The notes beneath the pieces are model-generated. The model did no database searches and was not told the origin of the DNA. It worked only from the letters and a program-made list of their open reading frames with translations. Shown piece after piece: positions 54,980-64,000 of a stretch of 64,000 bases of DNA (positions within the stretch are counted from its first letter, which is position 1; every line of letters starts with the position of its first letter). Made by a program: the position numbers and the translations under genes. The DNA lies in IMG/VR virus record IMGVR_UViG_3300020473_000013, positions 160,854-224,853 of that record. The stretch is one strand, 5' to 3'.

Positions 54980-55445
54980 CCCGCACGTTGTATCCGAGGA
55001 ATTTCCGGACGAAGACCAGAAGCTGGTAGATGCCTACGCCAAGATGATGTGCGAGGCGCAGAGCGTTCACGATATGGTACTGACCGCAGGTCTCCGCGTC
55101 GAAGCCGGCACCACTGACCCAAACCGCCCGTATGACGGGCAGGTCCACACAGGACAGGGCGAGCGAGGCAAGCAGGTCGTAGACGGTCTGACAATGCGCG
55201 ATCTAGCAGATTGCATGGTGAAAGGTATCGGACACGCAGCCAACGACCAGCTCACCGAGGAAGCATACGACCGCCTCCAGAAGGATCAGTACGAGTACGG
55301 CGAACTCTATGATCTGGACCTGAACAAGGTGGACATCATCGCTGCCGTGCAAAACTTCGGTGTTGAAGTCGAGAAGCGCATGGGCATCTACCCCAATCTG
55401 CCCAAGGCTATGCTGGAAGCTATACAGGAGCGTGGCAATGTCTGA
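54957..55445 (+). CDS. Hypothetical protein
   Basis: GGAGG RBS; overlaps the previous stop. Confidence 0.7.
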   Translation: MEIEIPLNPHVVSEEFPDEDQKLVDAYAKMMCEAQSVHDMVLTAGLRVEAGTTDPNRPYDGQVHTGQGERGKQVVDGLTMRDLADCMVKGIGHAANDQLTEEAYDRLQKDQYEYGELYDLDLNKVDIIAAVQNFGVEVEKRMGIYPNLPKAMLEAIQERGNV

Positions 55446-55812
55446 CCAGAAATTTATCCAACAGCACGTCGCACCTGTCATCCAGAACTACGATCCCAAC
55501 ATGACGCTGAGTGGTCGCAAGGCGCAGCAGCAAGTTGAGCTGGTGTTCCAAGTCTGGGACTATACTGCCAAGTTCACGGTCCCTGTAGGCGGCAACTGCA
55601 CTGGGCTTTCTATCATGGATAGCGCGATCGGCACCATCTATGAAGACCTGCCTGGGCTTCCGTACGACGAGGAGACACCCATGCTCATCCTCTACAATGC
55701 TGCTGGTGAGCCGATGGAATGCGCGGACGACGAGGATCGAGACGAGGACTGGCTCAAGGATATGCTGGTATCTGCCCGCATTCTGAGCATCGAACCCGAT
55801 GGTATGATCTGA
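55438..55812 (+). CDS. Hypothetical protein
   Basis: AGGAG RBS then ATG 55438 (MSDQKF...). Confidence 0.7.
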   Translation: MSDQKFIQQHVAPVIQNYDPNMTLSGRKAQQQVELVFQVWDYTAKFTVPVGGNCTGLSIMDSAIGTIYEDLPGLPYDEETPMLILYNAAGEPMECADDEDRDEDWLKDMLVSARILSIEPDGMI

Positions 55813-55859
55813 CACTGTAAATATTCGTCAGTACGCAAACACACTCACAGGAAGAACCA

Positions 55860-56687
55860 ATGTCACCCATGCTCCTCAATCGTCCGGCCATCGCCTATAA
55901 CTCGGGTTTCAGCTTCACCGGCGAACAGCTCGCTGAAATGTTCCGCTTGCAGGCCGAAGCCAACAACGTCATGTCCGACGTGTGGCGCGAGTCCGACAAC
56001 AACTCCATCCCGTACTATCGCGCATCGCACGTCGAGTCTGTGGAAGCCTTGCAGCACGTCGGCTACAAGTGGTGGAAGCGCATCGTGCCTAACGTCGCTC
56101 AGGCCAAGATGGAGTTGATCGACATTCTCCACTTCGCGATCTCCGACATGCTGCGCGACGGTCCGAATACCACGGTATGGCATGAGCTGTTAGGGTACGG
56201 GCACTACCAAGCGCACAAGCTGTCTGAGGGTTCCGTGCTTTTCTACGCGATCGGCCGCTTTGTTAACGGATTCGAGAATGTCCACATCAACGGTCATCGT
56301 ACTTACGCCGACGGAAACGAGTTCTACGTCGCCGAAGACGTGGACTTCTTCGACTTTGCCGACCTGTGTGAACAGTTCAGCTTCTCCACCATCATGTACG
56401 GCAGCAACGACATGGGTATCCTGTGTGCCATGTTCGAGCATATCGGTATGACCCCGAATCAAGTTCATGCCATGTACGTCGGTAAGAACGTCCTCAACAA
56501 GTTCCGTACCGACATGGGGCAGCGCGAAGGCCTGTACAGTAAAATCTGGGACGGCCGCGAGGACAACGAACACCTCACAGAGTACCTCGACCGGTTGGTC
56601 AAAGACAATGAGCCTACTTCCGAAGAGGACATCTACGCATTCCTCAAGACCAGGCACGCCAACGCGAAGACGCTCAAGGAGGCCTGA
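55860..56687 (+). CDS. dut: Dimeric all-alpha dUTPase (dUTPase_2 family)
   Basis: ESVEAL..GYKWWK, MELIDILHF, YVGKNVLNKFR, YSKIWDGREDNEHL. Confidence 0.88.
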   Translation: MSPMLLNRPAIAYNSGFSFTGEQLAEMFRLQAEANNVMSDVWRESDNNSIPYYRASHVESVEALQHVGYKWWKRIVPNVAQAKMELIDILHFAISDMLRDGPNTTVWHELLGYGHYQAHKLSEGSVLFYAIGRFVNGFENVHINGHRTYADGNEFYVAEDVDFFDFADLCEQFSFSTIMYGSNDMGILCAMFEHIGMTPNQVHAMYVGKNVLNKFRTDMGQREGLYSKIWDGREDNEHLTEYLDRLVKDNEPTSEEDIYAFLKTRHANAKTLKEA

Positions 56688-56923
56688 TGCTCAATCGGAC
56701 GATCCCCGTCATGGGGATCATGACACTCCACCCGAATATTCCCGACTTCGCACCTCGCGGTTCCAGCACGAGGTATAAACGACGGTATCGTCGTGCAACC
56801 CGCACGCTTCGCCGTCGCCTGCAGTTCCTCGTAGGTCGTCCCGTCAATAGTGAAACTCTGGCGGCCACGCAACGCGAAATCGACGCACTGCGCCCAACGC
56901 TCATGCGTCTCGTTTTAGGGTGA
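56687..56923 (+). CDS. Small basic hypothetical protein
   Basis: GGAGG RBS; TGATG coupling. Confidence 0.6.
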   Translation: MLNRTIPVMGIMTLHPNIPDFAPRGSSTRYKRRYRRATRTLRRRLQFLVGRPVNSETLAATQREIDALRPTLMRLVLG

Positions 56924-56979
56924 TCGAACCGCCCTACCTTTGAAGGCACTCGCCTTCCCACCACTTTAGGAGAACCATC

Positions 56980-57393
56980 ATGGCAGCTAAAGATCAGAAG
57001 AATCCTCAGCAGACCGCAGCCGCTAGCAAGCCGACGACTGCCAAGAAGCCGCAGTCCAAGGCTAAGAGCGCTCCGAAGTCTCAACCCATTCCTGTGTCGA
57101 ACGAAGGTCGTCCTGAAGTCGCACCCACCGCCCTCTTCCACGTCGAGGTGCGGGAGACTCAGTACCTGAAGACCCAAACGCCGAAGGAGGGTGAAGTCGT
57201 CGAGTCTGTCGGTACCTTCCTTCACACCGTGGCCGTCACTGTGCCTATTGAGCGGGCTGCGCACTTCGACGCCAACAGCGTGTACGCCGAGATTCGCGAC
57301 CTTATCATCGGAGACTACATGTCTCCTGAACTCACCGAAATCGAAATCGTGGGCGCACGTCGTGACGAGATTCTGTCTCTGCACGTTGTCTAG
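56980..57393 (+). CDS. Hypothetical protein
   Basis: AGGAG RBS; Lys/Pro-rich N-terminus. Confidence 0.7.
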   Translation: MAAKDQKNPQQTAAASKPTTAKKPQSKAKSAPKSQPIPVSNEGRPEVAPTALFHVEVRETQYLKTQTPKEGEVVESVGTFLHTVAVTVPIERAAHFDANSVYAEIRDLIIGDYMSPELTEIEIVGARRDEILSLHVV

Positions 57394-57583
57394 GACGGCA
57401 CCGCGGACAGAAAGACGCTAATTTCCTATAAGAACGCTTAGCCCATAACAAGGGTACCGTTAGCGTAGCATTCGCCGCCCAGAAATTCATCGCTGCCTGC
57501 TAAGTTCATTGGTGCCCGATAAGGAGGTGTTCTCCCGCGCTAGAGCGCGGGTATTGTAACCTTTTATCGCAGGGAACATTCCA

Positions 57584-57814
57584 ATGAACGACATCAAGCG
57601 GTGTTATATTTTAGGGCGGAAGGACCTGGCTATGCCTGTCCGACATCTGCCTCTGAGTCAGGCGAAGCTCAGACACATTTTACCTTCGAGCATGTCCAAG
57701 CAGCAGATCAAGGACGCTCAACTCATTGTAGTGAAGGTATCCAACGTGGAAGGGGTGACGTTGAAGGACGTCATTTCTGTATCGCCGGAACCTGAATCAG
57801 AACTTGTAGATTGA
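57584..57814 (+). CDS. Small hypothetical protein
   Basis: AGGG RBS; followed by a terminator. Confidence 0.55.
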   Translation: MNDIKRCYILGRKDLAMPVRHLPLSQAKLRHILPSSMSKQQIKDAQLIVVKVSNVEGVTLKDVISVSPEPESELVD

Positions 57815-57818
57815 TCGC

Positions 57819-57850
57819 AGGGCGCTCCTCCAACGAGGGCGCCCTTTTTT
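57819..57850 (+). terminator. Intrinsic terminator
   Basis: AGGGCGCTC...GGGCGCCCT followed by TTTTT. Confidence 0.8.
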
Positions 57851-57914
57851 GTGTCTGAGAAACTGTAAAGACAGATCGCAGGACAACTCATACCTATCCT
57901 CCTAAGGAGACGAC

Positions 57915-58529
57915 ATGACCGTTTCGTTCGACACCCTCAGCGTGGGCAATTTCATCCAGACTCGCGGTAACGACTGGCACGCCGTCATGTACAAGTACGG
58001 AAACGAACGCATGGTGAGCGCCGTTGGTCTGGGCAAGCGCGACGGGTACCCGATCCTTCTGGACGAGATCACCGATACGGCCAGTGAGCTTCCGCTGGTG
58101 TTCACCCTGCAGGGTGATGATATACTCGTGTGGGGAGACCGCAACGGCAATGCCTTCGTATCCCTGCCTCCGCAGAAAGACGCGGAAGGTAATATGCTCC
58201 AAGGTCCGCGTCTCGCCACTCTGGCACGCCTGACCGACGGCAGCACGATCTTTGCCAACGTCACTGACTTCGCTTTTTTGTACCACGTGGAAAGTCTGGC
58301 CTTGGCGGATCGTATGCCCGGCACTACCGACCTGGAAGCCGTCAAGGCTCACGCTCAGCGCGCGGCTCTCACTTCGTCAGGCTCTCGCGACCTGGAAGGT
58401 GCACTGCACAAAGTCGGTGCCGGCGACATTTCAGCGCATCTGGGGGCCGTCGTGTTCAGCGAAGACCTCGACATGGGTGCAACGATCTACGTTCCCTCGC
58501 CGAGCATCCTCCATCCTATTGGCGACTAA
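57915..58529 (+). CDS. Hypothetical protein
   Basis: Own TGTAAAGA motif, AAGGAG RBS and terminator. Confidence 0.75.
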   Translation: MTVSFDTLSVGNFIQTRGNDWHAVMYKYGNERMVSAVGLGKRDGYPILLDEITDTASELPLVFTLQGDDILVWGDRNGNAFVSLPPQKDAEGNMLQGPRLATLARLTDGSTIFANVTDFAFLYHVESLALADRMPGTTDLEAVKAHAQRAALTSSGSRDLEGALHKVGAGDISAHLGAVVFSEDLDMGATIYVPSPSILHPIGD

Positions 58530-58546
58530 TCGCCTCGTAGGTACCC

Positions 58547-58574
58547 ACAGGGTGGTCTCTGACCGCCCTGTTTT
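58547..58574 (+). terminator. Intrinsic terminator
   Basis: ACAGGGTGGTC-TCT-GACCGCCCTGT followed by TTT. Confidence 0.75.
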
Positions 58575-58631
58575 CGTCTGAAACTGTAAATATATGACGT
58601 AAGGCAAACACGCAAGCAACAAGGAACAGGC

Positions 58632-59015
58632 ATGTATCTAAAGATTCGCGATGTGGAACGCGGCTGTTGGTTGTATATCAGCGGTTTCGACAGGGTAGAG
58701 GCCTTCGATAAGAAACACTACTCTGAGCTTTCCCATGCTCCTGACCAGTCGGAAGCGTGCGAGCGTATGGACACCATCATTCAGGAATGCGGAGCCTCGC
58801 TGTCCGTTATCGACGTGGACAAGATACGCTCTGGTAACCTGATGGTCCTTCATTGTATCACAGACGATGAGGATGCTCCGAAGCCCACGCACAAGAAACT
58901 GGCTTTCAACACATACGGATTCCTGTGCAACGACAGGGGCGATACCATGGACCGCTTCTCAGTTAACCACTACGACCATCTCAAGAAGTCGCCACGTAAA
59001 CGGGAGGAAGCATGA
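58632..59015 (+). CDS. Hypothetical protein
   Basis: AAGGA RBS after the TGTAAATA motif. Confidence 0.7.
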   Translation: MYLKIRDVERGCWLYISGFDRVEAFDKKHYSELSHAPDQSEACERMDTIIQECGASLSVIDVDKIRSGNLMVLHCITDDEDAPKPTHKKLAFNTYGFLCNDRGDTMDRFSVNHYDHLKKSPRKREEA

Positions 59016-59494
59016 TCGACACAACAGGTGAGTTCTCAGACACCCGTTACGTTGGGTCCTACGCTCCGTCCTGCGAACCCGTCGATGCTAGCGTCGGACA
59101 AATCATCAATGTGATCGACACCCTGCCCGACGGAAGGGACCGCTTCGTCACGCAGGTTTTCAACGGTGAGGATTGGTCACTCGTTCCTCACTGTGGTGTT
59201 GATATCGGAGGGTTCCGACTCTACCTGCCGCACTACCGCGATATGGTCTACAAGAAAACGGGTAAGTTCCCTTATGGGCAAGACTCGGCTGCGATCATCC
59301 GTGAATTTATGTGGGGCGTGGAGTTCAAAACGAAGACACATGCTTTCGTCGCCCATGTTGCCGACTACAATCACACTCCTCATATCGTCCTGCGTGATGC
59401 CGCTGGGCAGGTGCACTTCCTGCGGACGTTCGCCGACGAGTCCTGGGGCGTTCTGTCGCACAGCCAGATGAAGGAGATGGCGCATGGCGCGTAA
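59012..59494 (+). CDS. Hypothetical protein
   Basis: GGAGG RBS; ATGA overlap. Confidence 0.7.
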   Translation: MIDTTGEFSDTRYVGSYAPSCEPVDASVGQIINVIDTLPDGRDRFVTQVFNGEDWSLVPHCGVDIGGFRLYLPHYRDMVYKKTGKFPYGQDSAAIIREFMWGVEFKTKTHAFVAHVADYNHTPHIVLRDAAGQVHFLRTFADESWGVLSHSQMKEMAHGA

Positions 59495-59693
59495 GCAAGT
59501 GCTCGCTTCCGCAATGGCTGGCGCGCTGGGGTCACTCAGCGGATGGTTCATGCTCCCCAGTCAGATAGCCGGGCCAAACTTCTTCACGGACAACGCGCCC
59601 GTCATCAACAACACCCGAGGCACCAAACAACACCAACGCCAGATGCAACGCAAGCGCGCCCAGAAGCGGGCCAAGAAAAGAGGACATTACTGA
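59484..59693 (+). CDS. Small protein with a hydrophobic N-terminus and basic tail
   Basis: AAGGAG RBS; coupled at both ends. Confidence 0.6.
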   Translation: MARKQVLASAMAGALGSLSGWFMLPSQIAGPNFFTDNAPVINNTRGTKQHQRQMQRKRAQKRAKKRGHY

Positions 59694-60253
59694 TGGACGA
59701 TCAACCGAACAACGTCGTATCTCTGCATGGTCAAACAGCAGAACGGAACCAGCGTGGCTACTACAAGGCGATGGTAGAACCGCACCTAGCCTCCTATGAC
59801 TATCCGGGTGCTCAGATCGCCTTGTACGGAGGACTGCCACCCGGACACAGCTACAACTACGTCAGCTCCTCCTTTCTGTGTGGTTTGGTGAATTACGCAG
59901 GCATCAAGACTGGGTATATGCTGAATCGTTACGGTCTGGACGACTGTGACTGGGAAAGCTACGCGCAGGTAATCGAGCACATCAACACCATGCCTCACTT
60001 CATCGACCCGGATGCGGACGATGTGGTGTTACTCGGAGAGACGGACACCTGCTTCTGGTGGTTCTGGTTCGATCGGGACGTGTCCGACTGTAATGTCACG
60101 CGCATCCCGCGGGAGCTGTTCCGCAACGACTTCGAGTTTTTCGAGCAGTGCATCCTGGAACACCTGCGCGAGAACTACGACGGCTGGCAACACACCGAGG
60201 ACGCAGAGCCAGAGTTCTACCGATTCAAGGTCAACGGGTGGATTTCGTGGTGA
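59693..60253 (+). CDS. Hypothetical protein
   Basis: TGATG coupling, start MDDQPNN. Confidence 0.7.
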   Translation: MDDQPNNVVSLHGQTAERNQRGYYKAMVEPHLASYDYPGAQIALYGGLPPGHSYNYVSSSFLCGLVNYAGIKTGYMLNRYGLDDCDWESYAQVIEHINTMPHFIDPDADDVVLLGETDTCFWWFWFDRDVSDCNVTRIPRELFRNDFEFFEQCILEHLRENYDGWQHTEDAEPEFYRFKVNGWISW

Positions 60254-60471
60254 GCAAGGCTAGAGTCGTATTCGGGCAGGTCTACTCTGTGAAGCCTGCT
60301 CCAGGTACCAAGGTGCCGTTCACTGTGCAGTATGAGGCACAGGACGAGGACACGCCTGTCATTACCGTCACGGACAGCAACGGCTGGAAGCATGAGCTAA
60401 CCGACGTTGAGGCGGAGGAGCTGGCGCGCCAACTCAATCACGCTCTACGCCGTTTACCGTCCAGCAAGTGA
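60250..60471 (+). CDS. Hypothetical protein
   Basis: GTGA overlap, start VSKARVV. Confidence 0.6.
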   Translation: MSKARVVFGQVYSVKPAPGTKVPFTVQYEAQDEDTPVITVTDSNGWKHELTDVEAEELARQLNHALRRLPSSK

Positions 60472-60480
60472 GGAAGGACA

Positions 60481-60723
60481 ATGGTTGATATAGGAGCGAT
60501 CCTACTAATCGGAGCATTCGTCTTGTCGGTCTGCTATATAGCGACAAGAGCGTATGAGCGGCACGCCTGGAACAAAGGCATCAGCCCGTACAGCGGTCGA
60601 CCTTGGCAGTATTTCGACACTGCCTCAGATAGCTCCAGAGGATACACCGATGGTGAAGGTAACGTCATCTGGATTAACACCAACGTGGATAAGCAGCAGG
60701 AGAAAACACATGTCCGAGGATAA
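60481..60723 (+). CDS. Small membrane-anchored hypothetical protein
   Basis: N-terminal TM helix; WNKGISP..G.PW.YFDT.SD.SRGY.D. Confidence 0.7.
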   Translation: MVDIGAILLIGAFVLSVCYIATRAYERHAWNKGISPYSGRPWQYFDTASDSSRGYTDGEGNVIWINTNVDKQQEKTHVRG

Positions 60724-61192
60724 ATCCATCCATACGCAGCCCGAACTCGTCAAGGCTATCCTCAACTTGGAGTATCCGCGCGTCACTCGCGACTTCGTGG
60801 AGAAGATGGTTGAGGAGGTGAAGTACGACGTACTGAGCGACGGTATGACCACTGTTTGCACTCTGATGATGTTCGGTGGCACCTACAGCGCACGCGGCCA
60901 CAGCGCTCCAGCGGACCCTCGCAACTTCGACGAGAAGATCGGTCGCACCCGTGCCTACTCGAAGGCTATGGATGCGGCGTTCGACATCGGCAGCGCTATT
61001 CTGGCTTTCAACATGTTCATGGCGCGCAGCGGTTCCAACCAACACCTACTTGAACTCATGAAGTCGGAACTCGACCAAGACATCGAAGCCCTCGATAACG
61101 TCGGCTTCACTCCGTGCGATGGCCACGTCCTTCGCTATCTCCGCAACTATCGAGAGGTTCTCCATGGTAACGTCGATCATTCGCAAGATTAA
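60710..61192 (+). CDS. Phage Gp49/gp66 (N4-like) family protein
   Basis: TTVCTL..GG.YSARGHSAPADPRNFDEKIGRTRAYSKA matches the family signature. Confidence 0.75.
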   Translation: MSEDKSIHTQPELVKAILNLEYPRVTRDFVEKMVEEVKYDVLSDGMTTVCTLMMFGGTYSARGHSAPADPRNFDEKIGRTRAYSKAMDAAFDIGSAILAFNMFMARSGSNQHLLELMKSELDQDIEALDNVGFTPCDGHVLRYLRNYREVLHGNVDHSQD

Positions 61193-61382
61193 GTATCCGT
61201 TCATCCGTCAGTCGCGCCTTATGATGCACCCTGAAAGCCCTGGGGACCGCATCCTCATCCGGCGCAGCCCGTTCGAGGCCCTGTTCAAGTCGCGGCACTT
61301 CGCCACACTCAATGAATCTCTGAGGAGACACCGTGAACTGCAAAAACTGCAAGTGGGCACGCCTAGCCGGAAACAAGGGTGA
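61164..61382 (+). CDS. Small hypothetical protein
   Basis: GAGAGG RBS then ATG 61164; overlaps both neighbours. Confidence 0.45.
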   Translation: MVTSIIRKIKYPFIRQSRLMMHPESPGDRILIRRSPFEALFKSRHFATLNESLRRHRELQKLQVGTPSRKQG

Positions 61383-61602
61383 CGACATCGTTGGTTGCGC
61401 CCTGCTAGCTAATGATGCAATACTCATAAAGGACGTGAAGCAGGGCCCTGTTTTTCAAGGCTGGTTGTATAACAACCGGCTCCCGCATGAGAAGGAAGGG
61501 GGCAACAGGGCCTTCGACGGTGCCATGACGTACGGACCTAATCTGGTCGCCTCGTATGCTACATGTTACCAATATGAGCACGAACAACTACAGGCAGGAT
61601 AG
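61333..61602 (+). CDS. Small CxxC-containing hypothetical protein
   Basis: AGGAG RBS then GTG; CKNCKW. Confidence 0.6.
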   Translation: MNCKNCKWARLAGNKGDDIVGCALLANDAILIKDVKQGPVFQGWLYNNRLPHEKEGGNRAFDGAMTYGPNLVASYATCYQYEHEQLQAG

Positions 61603-61611
61603 GAGTGCCGG

Positions 61612-61944
61612 ATGGCTAAAAAGGAATCTAGCTCACTAGGCAAGAAAGCTATCGACAAAGCCAAGAACTACACCGCATGGGAACTAAGTGGCTTTGTCTT
61701 TGTGGCACTTGCCTCACACTACGGGTGGAAAGATCGCATCAACATTAGTGCTGGGTACTCGCTTGCGTGCAGCACCGTTGAAAACCTTCCGCCCGTTACT
61801 CTATTTGGCTTGTCTCCCGGAGAGTACATCGCTATCAAGGAGCTTTTGGATCATAGCTTGAGGCGGAAACACCAGAGCTGGATAAGCACTGACAAAAACT
61901 ACACTGATCGTCCTAAGTCAGGTGGCATAATCTCCATCTACTAA
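61612..61944 (+). CDS. Hypothetical protein (AT-richer codon usage)
   Basis: AGGAG RBS. Confidence 0.6.
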   Translation: MAKKESSSLGKKAIDKAKNYTAWELSGFVFVALASHYGWKDRINISAGYSLACSTVENLPPVTLFGLSPGEYIAIKELLDHSLRRKHQSWISTDKNYTDRPKSGGIISIY

Positions 61945-61961
61945 ACAAAAGGTAAGTAGGC

Positions 61962-62420
61962 ATGAAAACCAAGAACGTAAGAGTGAAGTTTCAGGACATC
62001 AAGACAGGCCGTATCATTTACGTGGCACACCCCGTATACGGTATTGAGCGCTTCGTTATCCGCTCTAAGCCCTATTTCAATCCTCGTGTGGGCAGCCATT
62101 TCGTCAAGGTTGAGGTACGTGCTAAAGACTTCTCCTTCCAAGACAGCCGTTCGCTCCACGATATGGGCATCCCGAGCAATCCAACCAACGCTTCTCAATT
62201 CTACAACGGTCGCCGTGCATTCTTCAAGCTGCATCAGGCCGAGGAGTGGAAGCGCAAGTGGATCAAGGACAAAGGGTTTCAGCGTTGGCAAAGCAGGCAT
62301 GAGCAAGAAACAGACTACATGCTGCAAGGACTCCACTATGCCGACTCTATTATGGAAGAAGCGTGGTTCAATGAGCACTACGGTCCTCAAGAGGAAGACG
62401 AGCGGGAGATTATGCCGTGA
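61962..62420 (+). CDS. Hypothetical protein
   Basis: Typical codon usage, in the operon. Confidence 0.7.
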   Translation: MKTKNVRVKFQDIKTGRIIYVAHPVYGIERFVIRSKPYFNPRVGSHFVKVEVRAKDFSFQDSRSLHDMGIPSNPTNASQFYNGRRAFFKLHQAEEWKRKWIKDKGFQRWQSRHEQETDYMLQGLHYADSIMEEAWFNEHYGPQEEDEREIMP

Positions 62421-62680
62421 CTAAGCCCGTCCGCGTGCTGGAAATGCTTACTGATGGAGACGGAAGAGGAACCTGCAAGGCTTCGTTCGTCGCGCACATC
62501 GTAACCTCACGCTCAACACGCCCCCGACCGTAACGGAGATACCCTGTACTTTCCTGCCAAGTACGTCGCAGAGTCCATCGTCCAGATTTTCAACTGCTGT
62601 AATTTTTAGGGCGGAGCAGTTGTCGAGGATGATCACTCCGACTGCAAGTACATCATCGTTAAGCCTGATCGGGATTCATA
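62417..62680 (+). pseudogene. Possible degraded small gene
   Basis: Coding-like frame (NGDTLYFPAKYVAESIVQIFNCCNF*GGAVVEDDHSDCKYII) is broken by TAG and lacks an in-frame start. Confidence 0.35.
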
Positions 62681-62683
62681 CCT

Positions 62684-63220
62684 ATGTTCAAGGACCTTGG
62701 AAAGCGGAACGCTCCTACTAAAAAGCGAGTAGACAAGTATCTAGGATTGTCCATCGACGATCCGAACCGGGTTATCACAGCGCACACGGACGGGTCGTGT
62801 CGCGACAACCCAGGGGCAGGAGGATGGGGCGCAGTGCTCCAGCTTCCTGACGGCCGCGGAAAGAAGATCAAAGGTGGTCATCCCGCTACGACCAATAACA
62901 GAATGGAATTGCAGGCCGCGATCGAGGTCTTCAAGCTGCTGCAAGGTCGCGGAAGCTGTAAGGTCATTCTATTCACCGATTCCCAGTACGTGCAGAAAGG
63001 CATGCTAGAGTGGGTACGTGGCTGGAAGATGCGAGGCTGGAAGACCTCAGGTGGCGCACCTGTGAAGAACAGCGATCTCTGGATCGAACTGGAGTTTCTG
63101 TCCAGTACCCACATCGTCGAGTGGAACTGGGTGCGTGGACACAACGGCGATTATTTCAATGAGATGGCTGACCGCTTGGCGGAGGAAGGGGCCATCGAAG
63201 CAGGGTACTATAAGGATTAA
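62684..63220 (+). CDS. rnhA: Ribonuclease HI
   Basis: HTDGSCRDNPGAGGWG, TTNNRMEL, TDSQYV, KNSDLW, WVRGHNG, NEMADRLA. Confidence 0.95.
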   Translation: MFKDLGKRNAPTKKRVDKYLGLSIDDPNRVITAHTDGSCRDNPGAGGWGAVLQLPDGRGKKIKGGHPATTNNRMELQAAIEVFKLLQGRGSCKVILFTDSQYVQKGMLEWVRGWKMRGWKTSGGAPVKNSDLWIELEFLSSTHIVEWNWVRGHNGDYFNEMADRLAEEGAIEAGYYKD

Positions 63221-63224
63221 AGGC

Positions 63225-64000
63225 ATGGCACACAAGATCACACTCAAGTTCAACTCGCGCATCACCATTGCTCACTGGGAGGCATTCTGCCGTACGCACG
63301 GGCTATCCTATCAACCCAAGCTCGCCAACCAGAACATCTACTCCTCGAACGTTCTCGAAGTAATGCTCGGCGACTGGGGAACCGAGACGCAAGAGAACGG
63401 GTGCCTACCTCCGAACAGCTTTGACGAGCTACGTATCTTTCCTTATAAGGATGAAGACGCGGGAAAGGCAATCGCCCTGATGGACTCTATCCAGTCGAAG
63501 TTCGGCGGCTCTGTCGTTCCCCAACACAGCACGCTTCCGTTGTGGGGCCGCACGCTTCCTCAAGAAGAGCCTAGCAAGGTTGCCGGTCCTAGTCCTCTGG
63601 ACGCTATCAACGCACGGCGCATCGTGGATAAAATCCGGGGTGACCTCGAGGCATCCGTGGAGAACCTGATGTACAGTTCGCCTCGCCACTCTGATGAGGA
63701 GCTGCGTAACGTCCTTACCAAGATGCTCCAACGCGCAGTCGACCGCAAAATGGTAGAGAAGGCTAATGTGGAAAACATGCGTATCGAGCATGTGACGTGG
63801 GCTGACCTGTATCCTCGTCGCCGTGATCGTCTCCGTGCTCTATTCACGCGCAAGGTTCTCCGCTTCAATCCTGTCATTTCAGGCCGACCTGGCACCTTTT
63901 TGAAGATGCTTGGTTATAAGTGCGAGCGCAAGATGCGGTACGACCGCGAAGCATTTGAAGCATTGGTTGCGGACGCTATGGATACCGATCAGGGTACCGC
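63225..64000 (+). CDS. Hypothetical protein, 3'-truncated by the window edge
   Basis: ATG 63225 (MAHKITLKFNSR...) stays open to the window end. Confidence 0.7.
   Translation, partial: MAHKITLKFNSRITIAHWEAFCRTHGLSYQPKLANQNIYSSNVLEVMLGDWGTETQENGCLPPNSFDELRIFPYKDEDAGKAIALMDSIQSKFGGSVVPQHSTLPLWGRTLPQEEPSKVAGPSPLDAINARRIVDKIRGDLEASVENLMYSSPRHSDEELRNVLTKMLQRAVDRKMVEKANVENMRIEHVTWADLYPRRRDRLRALFTRKVLRFNPVISGRPGTFLKMLGYKCERKMRYDREAFEALVADAMDTDQGT

Noticed and set aside
62560-62660. Stop-codon reassignment suggested by an in-frame TAG
   Set aside because: Many intact genes end in TAG, TGA or TAA at expected positions; this is a single local lesion.
1-64000. CRISPR or TIGR-like arrays, tRNAs, integrase/att sites
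   Set aside because: No regularly spaced repeats, tRNA cloverleafs or recombinase motifs were found by eye; a tRNAscan or array search would confirm.

Overview
The window is a 64-kb segment of a large lytic myovirus (jumbo-phage-like), with essentially every real gene on the + strand. The gene set resembles the PaBG/Lu11/phiRSL1/Erwinia Y3-type jumbo myophages; this is recognition from protein motifs, not a database result. In order, it contains: (1) a replication block (Cys-less thioredoxin, family A DNA polymerase with an N-terminal UDG-like domain, beta-clamp-like protein, UvsW-like SF2 helicase, J-domain protein, DEDDh exonuclease); (2) a first tail-sheath gene with a 12x Ig-repeat fibre and paralogous tip proteins; (3) NAD-dependent ligase, two Gly-rich fibre proteins and a GT2-TPR glycosyltransferase; (4) the head module (prohead protease, Acb1-like 2H phosphoesterase, scaffold, major capsid); (5) a free-standing GIY-YIG endonuclease flanked by structured non-coding RNA; (6) the tail/baseplate module with a second sheath; (7) nucleotide metabolism (NrdJ, dCMP deaminase, dimeric dUTPase), many small hypothetical genes and RNase H. 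The most notable observations are: two covarying copies of one three-way-junction RNA on either side of the endonuclease, plus a locally recoded patch in the capsid gene; a shared N-terminal 'S-L-S/A' leader on the Acb1 homolog, DNA ligase and head proteins, suggesting they are packaged in the virion; a redox-dead thioredoxin beside PolA; and two phage promoter-like motifs (TGTAAA[T/G]A and TAATTT). No CRISPR array, tRNA, integrase or reverse transcriptase was seen. All RNA folds were worked out by eye.
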